Assembly: GCA_965218785.1 (NCBI GenBank)
Contig: OZ244650.1
Span: 224,001-288,000, forward strand
Reading direction: 5' to 3'
DNA: 64,000 nt
Origin: Nitrosopumilus sp.
Lineage (GTDB): Archaea; Thermoproteota; Nitrososphaeria; Nitrososphaerales; Nitrosopumilaceae
Below the pieces are notes generated by a model. It saw only the letters and a program-made list of their open reading frames with translations. It ran no database searches and was not told the DNA's origin. The translations under genes were made by a program, and so were the position numbers. Each line of letters starts with the position of its first letter. The first letter of the stretch is position 1. Positions 9,690 through 18,945 of this stretch are shown here, one piece after another.

Positions 9690-9923
9690 ATGTCAAAGAT
9701 CTTGCAATCAAAAAAAGAGTATGAGATAGAACTCTGGATGGGATTTGAAAATAAAATCAAAGAGTGTTGTGTAATGTTCTTTGAATCAGCATGGAGACCA
9801 TCAATAAAGTATGAAATTAAGGAGTATAGTGAAACAATGCATATACTTACTAACAATGAAGGGGTTATTCTATGCCCTGATTGTTTAGTAACTATATGTG
9901 AAGAAAAAACGAAATTCAGATGA
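9690..9923 (+). CDS. small hypothetical Cys-containing protein
   Basis: 77-aa ORF with ECC and LCPDC motifs, divergent from the Zn-ribbon gene. Confidence 0.5.
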   Translation: MSKILQSKKEYEIELWMGFENKIKECCVMFFESAWRPSIKYEIKEYSETMHILTNNEGVILCPDCLVTICEEKTKFR

Positions 9924-10220
9924 TATTAGGAATACCCCATCTAGAAAAAATACAGTTTCCAAGAAAAAAATAAACAAAATCATTAGGAAAAAAAACAAAA
10001 TCTATGACCTATGTTGGAATCGACCTGCATAAGGAATTCTCTAGGTAGAGGCAATGGATAATTATGGTGTATCCTGTTTAATGAAGATTCAAAACACACA
10101 AAATGATACATGCAATGCACTCCCCACCTGCTAATGGATTCAAAATATATCATCGAATCATAATTTGTATGATATTTGAAAATCTTTTCTTGTCTGTGTG
10201 TTCTAATTTCTAGCAGACAT

Positions 10221-10640
10221 TCAAATGAATCCATCCTTTGCTTTCCTGATCTCTGATGGCAAATCATTAATCCCGCCCATGGATCTATATCCAAATGACT
10301 TTAATCTTACTTTTGATTCTGTACATGCCTTGGTAATACATTGTTCATAAAGCCTGTTGGCTCCTGCCTTGAAAAAAATTACCACATCATATTTTTCTAC
10401 AATTTTTTTGATTTCTGGTACTAATTCTTGGCATCTTTTCTCATCCATTATTCTGTCGTATGGCTGTATTGTTTTTTCGGCAGGAACAAGCCCATGTTCC
10501 GCACTTAGAATGAACATGTCAGTATCGTCTTTACGGTTGTAAACTGCCGTTATTCTTGATGATTTGTATAACCTCCATGCTGGAAGTTCTTCATCTCTTT
10601 TTTTATTCCCACATGAAGTAACGACTGAAATTTTTGTCAT
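10221..10640 (-). CDS. DUF6884-like protein
   Basis: VTSCGNKK...PAWRLYKS...FILSAEHGLV...IQPYD..M signature; 4-bp overlap with the upstream gene. Confidence 0.75.
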   Translation of the reverse strand: MTKISVVTSCGNKKRDEELPAWRLYKSSRITAVYNRKDDTDMFILSAEHGLVPAEKTIQPYDRIMDEKRCQELVPEIKKIVEKYDVVIFFKAGANRLYEQCITKACTESKVRLKSFGYRSMGGINDLPSEIRKAKDGFI

Positions 10641-11542
10641 TCTGGCAGTCTTGTATCTATCAGCGTACGTCCTTTTTGGTTTATTTGAATACTAGATGAT
10701 GGAATATTTGCCGTGCAGTATTTTTCCAGCCTGCACTGGTCTCTGACTGGACATGCCGCCCCATCTCTGTATTTCGTGCATCCGAGTCTGCTTAGATTCC
10801 ATAATGCCTCATCAAGTTCTAGTGGATAGTGCTCAGTCTTGTTACAGACATCAACCCAGGCCTGTTTTGCGTATTCTGTCAGCTTTGAGAAATCGTCTTC
10901 AAACGTGCCTGACAGACATCCGGTCATTATCGTTGCACGTGCGGTATGAATGTCTATTGGCATTGGCACTTTTTCCAGGTTTTTGAATCTGATCTTGGCT
11001 TCTTTGTAAAGCATTCTAATCCACAACGAGCGAATTTTTCCCGTTCCTGTTGAACCTGCAAGGTATGGAAAGTCTTTTCCATACTGTGTTTTCATTGCCG
11101 TGACAATCTGATGTGCGTCATAATCAAATCTTGCAAAAAGATTCCTGGGATCTCCGTCAAATAACTCTGCAAATGACTGTGCAATACTCCTCCAAATGCC
11201 AACATCTTTTTTTATTTTTTTACAAAGTTTGTATTTTGTCAGCGCCTCGCCAAGTTCTGCTGTCGTCTTTTTAATGACCTCCTTTGGGAAAAAAACCCAT
11301 CTGGTGTCTTTATCCTCCCACGATCTTCTTGCCGAATCCCACAGGTCGCTTGCAGAACGCTGATAGTCTATTGCTACAGTCATGGTAAGAAACATGATAT
11401 GTTCGTATGATCCAATGTCTATCCCATTTGGAATCTCCGATTCTGGAAGATCAGAACCTGAGAATATCCCGTCTTTTTTATCGTACCAATCCAAAATAAT
11501 ATCGATTACTTTTCTTGCATGCTCGATATTTGTAACTAGCAT
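10637..11542 (-). CDS. HhH-superfamily DNA glycosylase-like protein with C-terminal 4-Cys (FeS) cluster
   Basis: FLTMTVAIDYQR..LW, FPYLAG..G.KI..LWIRML (HhH-like), PMPIDIHTAR (catalytic Asp position), LDEALWNL, C-x8-C-x5-C-x5-C. Confidence 0.7.
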   Translation of the reverse strand: MLVTNIEHARKVIDIILDWYDKKDGIFSGSDLPESEIPNGIDIGSYEHIMFLTMTVAIDYQRSASDLWDSARRSWEDKDTRWVFFPKEVIKKTTAELGEALTKYKLCKKIKKDVGIWRSIAQSFAELFDGDPRNLFARFDYDAHQIVTAMKTQYGKDFPYLAGSTGTGKIRSLWIRMLYKEAKIRFKNLEKVPMPIDIHTARATIMTGCLSGTFEDDFSKLTEYAKQAWVDVCNKTEHYPLELDEALWNLSRLGCTKYRDGAACPVRDQCRLEKYCTANIPSSSIQINQKGRTLIDTRLPE

Positions 11543-11791
11543 GTACTGGGTTACTCTTTCACATATATCAATATTGTAAGAAAATACCTTTGTGGTTATT
11601 GAGACTCGTGATAAATAATATCATTTACTACAATAACTATATTGGATTATACATAAATATAAAATCTCGATCAAAGAAATGAAATATGATATCTGTACAT
11701 CGTGAAAAGTTTAAGGCATTAGCAAAGCCTTTGAGTAGTTTTATTCCAGAAATTAAAAGGAATTAATATTTCAAATAATCTAAGATTTAAA

Positions 11792-12298
11792 TCAAAATTT
11801 GTTCTGTCCCATTTCTTCTTTTATTGATTGTAATTTTTCATATAATTTTTCTGCTTCGTTTAATGCAGAATTCACATTTAATTTTTTACCCAACCATGTA
11901 AATACCATATCAACACTAAATGAATCTGCTTGGAGATCTTTTCGGTTTATTTCTCTTACATGTCTTTTTTTACTATCAATTCCATAATCATACATATGTT
12001 CTCCCACATCACGCATGATTTTAAGATCAGGAATATTTCTATCGAATTCTTCAATCGCTTCACACATGTATTTTGAAATAGAATCTATTTTTGTTGCAAG
12101 GTTTACCATGTTTCGAAATCGGTATAAAGAAATTATAAAAAATTGTAAATCTATACAATATTTGAATTGAAAAGAATACTCCTCTGAACATGGTTTCTGT
12201 AAGCGATTTTTTTGTAATCTAACTGCACAAATGTATTCTCTGGATAAACTAATTGCTCTTTCCATAGTCGCACCATCAGATGGCTTATCATCCGTCAT
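11792..12298 (-). CDS. hypothetical helical protein with HEPN-like R-x4-H motif
   Basis: DLQFFIISL...LKIMRDVGEH (R-x4-H) in a 168-aa, apparently helical ORF. Confidence 0.55.
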   Translation of the reverse strand: MTDDKPSDGATMERAISLSREYICAVRLQKNRLQKPCSEEYSFQFKYCIDLQFFIISLYRFRNMVNLATKIDSISKYMCEAIEEFDRNIPDLKIMRDVGEHMYDYGIDSKKRHVREINRKDLQADSFSVDMVFTWLGKKLNVNSALNEAEKLYEKLQSIKEEMGQNKF

Positions 12299-12459
12299 GT
12301 GTTTTTAGAATTCTTATTTCGTTTATTTATTTATTCATTAATCACTTTATTACAATACTATTCAATAGAATTTATGCGTATCCATGTGCGATCCTAATAA
12401 ATATTTCATGCAATATCCGAACATAGAGTATGGTCTACGCTAGAGATGTACTGCAAACC

Positions 12460-12730
12460 AAAGATGAAATTGGACACGTATCCATTCGGGGCTCACCCCC
12501 AGTACCATTCTTCATCCATTTGTCAGGTAAAATCACAGCTAATCAACGAGGTATAATCCCCAACGCATAAAACGCGTTCATATTCCTAATTATAATGTCT
12601 TCAAATTTATGAACCTGTGTCAACTTTGACATGCGACAAATTCCCTCTTCTTTTAGCATCCAGTATATGACACGCAGCATCTTTGATGCAGTAGCCACTA
12701 CAGTCTTTGATGTACCAACCCATACCAACT
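12460..12730 (-). mobile_element. IS110-family remnant: transposase C-terminus plus downstream non-coding end
   Basis: TVVATASKMLRVIYWMLKE is the typical IS110 transposase C-terminal motif; the rest of the ORF is missing. Confidence 0.7.
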
Positions 12731-12745
12731 AGAATATTTTACTAA

Positions 12746-13006
12746 TCAGATTTCCTTAATTTCCGTAATCGTACCCAGCACGGAATCCATCCGGATTACA
12801 GCTTTTTTCTCCCCCCATCCTAGTGCAACATACCAATCGCCTGCATCATCATGATACTTTGTCTCCAGCGTCTTGATATCCTCCAGTTTAACATCATATT
12901 TTTTGGCAATTCCTGAAATTCCCAGAGCAACCGCATCTTTTTCCTTTTCAAGACGTCTTTTCATCAGACCTATCCCCGGACTCATACACACCCCACAACG
13001 CCTCAT
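12746..13006 (-). CDS. small hypothetical protein (PepSY-like); true start probably downstream
   Basis: EKEKDAVALG...WYVALGWGEKKAVIRMDSVLGTITEI pattern. Confidence 0.6.
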   Translation of the reverse strand: MRRCGVCMSPGIGLMKRRLEKEKDAVALGISGIAKKYDVKLEDIKTLETKYHDDAGDWYVALGWGEKKAVIRMDSVLGTITEIKEI

Positions 13007-13100
13007 CTAATATAGTTAATTCAAAAATTAGCCATAATGTCGAATTTTTCTAATTGATACCATTACAACATTTCAAATAGTCCCAAACCATAGAAACAAA

Positions 13101-13694
13101 ATGAAGCTGATTCAAAGACTTTCAAATTCCACACTTGCAAAACCATCCACCCTCGTCCTACTCGTATCCATCCTGGCAGTAATCGGCCCCATCGTGATCG
13201 TTTCTGCAGGATTCTGGGATGCAATCTCCCACCTTCAAAATGAACCTGAATTCTTTTGGAGTCCCTCGCACATCATAGTATACTTTGGAGTTTCAATGAC
13301 TAGCTGTGCTGCAATCATGGGTGGCATGCTAATAATTAAAAAATCAGTCCACGGCTCACTTAAAACCGGAATCAAGCTAGTCATTGCAGGTTCCATCCTA
13401 CAAACCGTTTCCGGATTTGCAGACTCGGTATCCCATGATCTCTTTGGAATTGACGGACTGGTATCCTGGTCTCACCAGCCACTTGAATTCGGACTGGTCC
13501 TTGCATCACTGGGGGCAGTCTTGATAATAAAAAACAGGGAGCACACACGACTCAAAGCATTTCTTCCATTCTCAATTGTCGCATTTTTGTTTTTCACAAC
13601 GTGGCTTGTATTCAACCTAATACTGATCTTCGGACATGTCATCCAGTGTATTCCAGTCTATGAAATATTCTCATCAGGCTGCTCCATACTATAA
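13101..13694 (+). CDS. integral membrane protein (WD..SH...FWSPSH...D..SH motifs)
   Basis: Multiple TM helices with His/Asp motifs. Confidence 0.75.
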   Translation: MKLIQRLSNSTLAKPSTLVLLVSILAVIGPIVIVSAGFWDAISHLQNEPEFFWSPSHIIVYFGVSMTSCAAIMGGMLIIKKSVHGSLKTGIKLVIAGSILQTVSGFADSVSHDLFGIDGLVSWSHQPLEFGLVLASLGAVLIIKNREHTRLKAFLPFSIVAFLFFTTWLVFNLILIFGHVIQCIPVYEIFSSGCSIL

Positions 13695-14149
13695 TTTTTT
13701 ATTCTCAGATACGACATTACCATCATAGTTACAACCCCCACCAGTATCAAAATACCCGCAACAGTCATTTCTTTGGAATTTGTATTGCCAAACTCTAACT
13801 GCAAATCAACCGGGTTTTCTGAAATGTTTGCAATTTTTGCAGTGTACACCCCGTCTTTATCAAAATTAAAATATCCGACTGACATCTTTGTCTGGATTCT
13901 CTCCTCTTGGATCACGTTGCCCTTTACATCCAATATCTGGATAAATACCGCCTCACCTGCAAACTCTGGCATGTACACCCTGTAAAACCCAATGTCCGTC
14001 CCAGTAAATTCCAAATCCAGCTCAAAAGAGTTCGTCTCTTTTAACAAAACCACGCCATCTGTCTTTTCAATCTCTACAAAAATAAATGAAATCCAGATAA
14101 TTCCGACTAGCACCAGCCCCAACCCCAATTTGAATAAAGATACCTTCAC
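13658..14149 (-). CDS. hypothetical protein with N- and C-terminal TM anchors
   Basis: 163 aa; hydrophobic ends and a beta-rich central domain. Confidence 0.7.
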   Translation of the reverse strand: MKVSLFKLGLGLVLVGIIWISFIFVEIEKTDGVVLLKETNSFELDLEFTGTDIGFYRVYMPEFAGEAVFIQILDVKGNVIQEERIQTKMSVGYFNFDKDGVYTAKIANISENPVDLQLEFGNTNSKEMTVAGILILVGVVTMMVMSYLRIKNYSMEQPDENIS

Positions 14150-14190
14150 TTCATCATAATGCCAAACTGTTTACCTAATAAGATATCTAA

Positions 14191-14265
14191 AGGGCTCGGA
14201 GGGCTTCGATCCCTCGACCTGGCGGTCCGAAGCCGCCCGCACTATCCAGGCTGTGCAACGAGTCC
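14191..14265 (-). tRNA. tRNA-Arg (TCG)
   Basis: GGACTCGTTGCACAGCCTGGATAGTGCG-GGCGG CT TCG GA CCGCC-AGGTCGAGGGATCGAAGCCCTCCGAGCCC cloverleaf. Confidence 0.93.
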
Positions 14266-14633
14266 AAAGAAACAGGATTTTAACAGACCTAAATATCTGT
14301 CTAGATCGTCTTTGAATGTTTTTTTGGATGACGTCTTGGATCTCATCTGGTGGGAATGATGCTGTAACTAAATTCAAAAACAACCCTATACATCAAAAAC
14401 CCTTCCAGAAAACTGATAATTGAGGTATGATGTTTGGTTGGAACTTCACACACTTGGAATCTTGTTCCTGCCAAACTTGCAGTTAATTCTGAAAAGACAC
14501 ATACGGTCTCTACCCGTAAGACGCAAAATCATAGCAACCCGAAAACGGATCCCCATTACAGATCAACTAACAAAACCCAACTGCTTTTAAAATAAATGTG
14601 GTCATTATATACTAGTTTTTGAGTAGATAAAAC

Positions 14634-15611
14634 ATGTCACAAATCCGGTTTGCCATTCCCAAAGGAAGCCTAGAGGAGGCCACCTTCAAACTACTAGAAA
14701 GATCCTGGACCAGAGTCAACCGGAAAAGCAGAACTTATCGCGTCTACTTGGATGATCCAAAGATCATAGTCAAGATGCTTCGCCCCCAGGAGATCCCAAC
14801 CCTGGTTGCAGAGGGACTATACGACGTGGGCATCACAGGAAAAGACTGGGTTGGAGAAACCAATGCAGACGTAGAGCCGATCCTGGATCTGGAATATGGC
14901 AAAATCAGACTGGTAATAGCATTCCCAGACAAGTATCGCTACAAAAATCTTGATGAAATGATTGCAGACTATGGCAAAAAGAAAAAAACACTTCGCATAT
15001 CCTCGGAATACCTTATCACCGCATCCAAATTTCTAAAAAACTCAAAATCCTACAAAAAATATTACGGCTCTAAAGATCCGCTGATTGTAACACCATGGGT
15101 TCGACTGGGAACCAACAAAAACGTCCAGATCCACCTCTCATTTGGCGCAACTGAGGCAAAGCCCCCAGAAGATGTGGATGCAATCATGGATGTTACTGAA
15201 ACCGGAACAACTCTAAAGCAGAACAAGCTAAAGATAGTCGATACGGTACTCACCTCCACTGCACACCTGATTGCAAATAAAAAGTCATTAAAGGATCCAA
15301 ACAAGCGCGAGAAAATATTTGACGTTCTAACCCTGATGCGAGGCGCAGTCAACGGCAGAAAATACCTGCACGTCTATCTGAATGTAGAGGAGAAAAACCT
15401 AAAAAAACTTTTAACACAGATGCCCTCCCTGAAAAGACCCACGATAAGCCCGCTTAGCGAACCTGGGTGGTTTGGAGTAAACACGGTCGTCAAAAAGGAT
15501 CAGTTCCACAAACTCATTCCAAAACTAAGAAAGATTGCCCAGGGTCTCGTGGTTCATGAACCGCGGCAGATTCTAGAGCTCGAGGAGATAAAGCGTGACG
15601 AAGAGAATTGA
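14634..15611 (+). CDS. hisG: ATP phosphoribosyltransferase (long form)
   Basis: AIPKGSL, RPQEIP, DVGITGKDW, FGATEAKPP.DVDAIMDVTETGTTL, PTISPL. Confidence 0.95.
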   Translation: MSQIRFAIPKGSLEEATFKLLERSWTRVNRKSRTYRVYLDDPKIIVKMLRPQEIPTLVAEGLYDVGITGKDWVGETNADVEPILDLEYGKIRLVIAFPDKYRYKNLDEMIADYGKKKKTLRISSEYLITASKFLKNSKSYKKYYGSKDPLIVTPWVRLGTNKNVQIHLSFGATEAKPPEDVDAIMDVTETGTTLKQNKLKIVDTVLTSTAHLIANKKSLKDPNKREKIFDVLTLMRGAVNGRKYLHVYLNVEEKNLKKLLTQMPSLKRPTISPLSEPGWFGVNTVVKKDQFHKLIPKLRKIAQGLVVHEPRQILELEEIKRDEEN

Positions 15612-16879
15612 TGAGAATAATCAAAGTAACCAACGTTGAAAAATTTGCAGCTAGGGCAGTCCGGAGACTGCCTCAAAAAAAAACCACGGTTGAATCCATC
15701 CTAAAAAACGTCAAAAAAGACGGCGATAAGGCGATTCGGAGATACGAGAAGATGTTTGGCGGGGTAAACATCTCCTCGTTGCGTGTATCCCAATCTGAGA
15801 TCAAAGATGCGTACTCCAAAGTTTCAAAGACCCAGCTTGACGCACTACACTCTGCAAAAGCCAGACTCGAAAAAACAGAATACGCGATAAAGTCGCTTTT
15901 AAAAAATGTAACAATCAATAATGCCGGAGTTAAAATCTCCAAAAGATTCACCCCGATTCAAAGTATTGGCTGTTATGTTCCAGGAGGATTGGCACGGTAC
16001 CCAAGCTCCGTAATAATGTCTGCTGTTCCCGCCCGGATTGCCGGCGTTAAAAGAATCGTTGCCGTGTCTCCTCCGAATTCAGAGGGTGGAATTGATCCGA
16101 TGACCATCGTTGCAGCAGATATCTGCGGCGTTAACGAGATTTACAAGACTGGCGGTGCCCAGGCAATTGCCGGGCTGTGTTACGGCACAAGAACCATCCC
16201 CAAGGTTGATAAAATCGTCGGTCCGGGGGGATCATTTGTTACTGCTGCAAAGTCCATGATAAGTAGTCAGACTGGAATCGACATGCTTGCAGGTCCTACC
16301 GAACTGGGGGTAATGGCAGACAACACGGCTGATCCAAACTATATCGCATTGGATCTCATCTCTCAGGCAGAACACAGCGGCGATACCCTGTGTTATCTAA
16401 TCACAACCTCCAAAAGACTTGCAGAATCAGTCAGGGATGCGGTCTCTGAGATACTGCCAGAAATTCAAAGAAGAGCCATCGTATCATCGAGTCTGAAAAA
16501 TAACGGCTTTATTGCAATCTGTAAAAATAGTTCTGATATGATCCGACTGGCAAACATCCTGGCCCCCGAACACCTGCAGATAATGACAAAAAACGCAGAA
16601 TCCGTCTCCTCAAAAATTACCACGTCCGGTCTGGTTCTGATTGGGCATTACTGCCCGTCATCTGCCAGTGACTACATCTTTGGATCAAACCACGTCTTGC
16701 CTACCGGCGGCTTTGGAAGAATCCGCGGCTCACTTTCAGTACTGGACTTTGTAAAGATAAACACGCAGGTAACCTCGTCTAAATCCTCGCTGTTGAGAAT
16801 CTCAAAACATCTTGAGGTCTTGACAGAATCCGAGGGACTACCAAACCATTACGAGGCAGTAAAAGGCAGGTTGAAATGA
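15611..16879 (+). CDS. hisD: histidinol dehydrogenase
   Basis: GCYVPGG, GGAQAIA, KIVGPG, IDMLAGPTE, DLISQAEH, APEHL, GSNHVLPT. Confidence 0.95.
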   Translation: MRIIKVTNVEKFAARAVRRLPQKKTTVESILKNVKKDGDKAIRRYEKMFGGVNISSLRVSQSEIKDAYSKVSKTQLDALHSAKARLEKTEYAIKSLLKNVTINNAGVKISKRFTPIQSIGCYVPGGLARYPSSVIMSAVPARIAGVKRIVAVSPPNSEGGIDPMTIVAADICGVNEIYKTGGAQAIAGLCYGTRTIPKVDKIVGPGGSFVTAAKSMISSQTGIDMLAGPTELGVMADNTADPNYIALDLISQAEHSGDTLCYLITTSKRLAESVRDAVSEILPEIQRRAIVSSSLKNNGFIAICKNSSDMIRLANILAPEHLQIMTKNAESVSSKITTSGLVLIGHYCPSSASDYIFGSNHVLPTGGFGRIRGSLSVLDFVKINTQVTSSKSSLLRISKHLEVLTESEGLPNHYEAVKGRLK

Positions 16880-17946
16880 AAAAAAACTGGTTTGCTGAGA
16901 GAATACAAAAACTCTCGTCTGTTGGCGGCTATCAAAAGCCCGAATTCAATCAGAATTCACTAAAGCTTGACTCCAATGAAAACTATGTAATTCCAAAGCA
17001 GTTTCAAAATGATATAATATCTTCTGCAAGAAAAAACTCCGATGTAAGGCAGTATCCGCTTGGCGGGGCAGAACAGCTAATCAAAAGCATATCCAAGTAC
17101 ATCGGGATGCCTCCCTCAATGGTTGGGGTTGGCAACGGCTCTGATCAGATTCTGGATCTGATACTATGTAATTTTGCATCAGAAAAGACCCGCATCCTCA
17201 CATCTGATCCCACCTTTGGATTTTTCGAGGAACGATGCAAACTGTATTCTGTTCCCCTAAATACGGTCCCATTCTCACATGAGATGAAACTAGATGTCAT
17301 GGATTTTATCAATAAATCTGAAAATGCGGATATTCTCTACCTTGACTCCCCGAATAACCCCACCGGATTTCAATTCTCAAAAATCGAATTACAGAAATTA
17401 ATAAGATCTTTTGACGGACTAGTAATAATTGACGAGGCATACGGGGAGTTTGCAGATCATACCATCTTACCAATGGTGAAAACCCAAAAAAACCTGGTTG
17501 TAATACGGACCCTCTCCAAATCGTTTGGTCTGGCAGGTCTCAGACTCGGATACTTTGCTGCAAGCAAGAATTTCACTGATGCGTTTATGAACGTCCTGCA
17601 GTATCCGTATCCCGTTAGTACCATAACGATCGAGTCTGGAATTCTGGCCTTGGAGAGATCAAAGATCATAAAAGATGCCATCCACCTCGTCAAAATTGAG
17701 AGAAAAAGAATTATTGAGACCCTGCAAAAGCACGGCGCCTTTGAGGTATTTGACTCCAATGCCAACTTTGTATTGTTTGATGCACACGGGGCATACAAAC
17801 GAATTTACGCCGCATTACTTGAACAGGGCATCTCTATTCGAAAACTGGGGAGGATAGGAAAACATGAAGGATGTCTTAGGGTGACGGTTGGAACAAAAGA
17901 GATGAACTCGAAATTTCTCCTGGCTGTGCGTGATCTGCTGGAATGA
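16876..17946 (+). CDS. hisC: histidinol-phosphate aminotransferase
   Basis: LDSNEN, GNGSD, SPNNPTG, DEAY, RTLSKSFGLAGLRLG, RVTVG. Confidence 0.93.
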   Translation: MKKNWFAERIQKLSSVGGYQKPEFNQNSLKLDSNENYVIPKQFQNDIISSARKNSDVRQYPLGGAEQLIKSISKYIGMPPSMVGVGNGSDQILDLILCNFASEKTRILTSDPTFGFFEERCKLYSVPLNTVPFSHEMKLDVMDFINKSENADILYLDSPNNPTGFQFSKIELQKLIRSFDGLVIIDEAYGEFADHTILPMVKTQKNLVVIRTLSKSFGLAGLRLGYFAASKNFTDAFMNVLQYPYPVSTITIESGILALERSKIIKDAIHLVKIERKRIIETLQKHGAFEVFDSNANFVLFDAHGAYKRIYAALLEQGISIRKLGRIGKHEGCLRVTVGTKEMNSKFLLAVRDLLE

Positions 17947-18920
17947 CTCTGAGAAAAAAGGCAGAGGGAATCTACGTTGATGATTCTGGTGTGGATGTCT
18001 TAGCTAGAATCGATGCTTTGATCTTTGATTGTGACGGCGTCCTAATTGACATTACAAAATCATATGATTTTGCAATCATCAAGACGGCACAGCACATTTT
18101 GGAGAATCTTGCAAAAATAGATGATGCCATCAGTATTAATTTTAAAATTATCGAAGGATTCAAATCCACCGGCGGATTCAATGACGAGGTTGATCTCACA
18201 TATGCTGCGGTATTATCATTGATTGCCGCAAAAAAACTAAAAGCAGATCAGACCAGCTTTGTCTTTGATGTTATAAAAAATGCAGATTCCACCGGCATCT
18301 CATCTGTGGAGAAGTACATTAACAGTCTGGTTGACATATCTGATATGACAAACCAGCTGTCATACCCTGGCAGCCGTGATCAAAGCCTGTTGCGTCGCAC
18401 ATTTGATCAGCTTTTTTACGGACCGCAACTATATCAAAAATTATTTGGAAACACATCGCCGTTTTCTGAACCCGGTCTGATTGAACAGGACAAAGTAATT
18501 CTTGATTCCCCGCTAATGAATATACTGCAAAAAAAATTCCACCAAAAAATTGCAATGGTTACAGGCAGGAGCAAAAAATCTGTGGAATACTCATTAAAGT
18601 CACTGCTGGAGAAATTTGATATAAGAAATTCCGTGTTCTTGGAGGATGAGCCAAGGAGTCTTGCAAAACCCAATCCTTTACCACTACTAAATACCATCAG
18701 GAGAATCAGCAGCAGATCCAGTCTGTATATCGGGGATTCCATGGAAGATCTTTTGATGGTAAACAGAGCCTCTGAGCTAACAGACCAAAAACCCGTTTTT
18801 TGTGGAATCATCGGTACTAGCAAAAACCCGCAGGAAAAACTCGAATTATTTGAGCAAAACGGGGCAGTTTTGGTATTAGACTCGATTCACCTGCTCCCAA
18901 AAGTATTAAATTTAAAATAA
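17943..18920 (+). CDS. HAD-family phosphatase, probable histidinol-phosphate phosphatase
   Basis: FDCDGVL, VTGR, KPNP, IGDS.ED HAD motifs; lies between hisC and hisB. Confidence 0.8.
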   Translation: MTLRKKAEGIYVDDSGVDVLARIDALIFDCDGVLIDITKSYDFAIIKTAQHILENLAKIDDAISINFKIIEGFKSTGGFNDEVDLTYAAVLSLIAAKKLKADQTSFVFDVIKNADSTGISSVEKYINSLVDISDMTNQLSYPGSRDQSLLRRTFDQLFYGPQLYQKLFGNTSPFSEPGLIEQDKVILDSPLMNILQKKFHQKIAMVTGRSKKSVEYSLKSLLEKFDIRNSVFLEDEPRSLAKPNPLPLLNTIRRISSRSSLYIGDSMEDLLMVNRASELTDQKPVFCGIIGTSKNPQEKLELFEQNGAVLVLDSIHLLPKVLNLK

Positions 18921-18945
18921 AGCAGAAAACACAATACGTGAGAGC

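Noticed and set aside
9983-10294. 103-aa ORF downstream of the DUF6884-like gene as a third system component
   Set aside because: It overlaps the upstream gene by 74 bp and has no recognisable motif. It cannot be excluded but is unsupported.
14159-14383. ORFs 14159-14359 (+) and 14171-14383 (-)
   Set aside because: They overlap the tRNA-Arg gene and have no protein-like motifs.
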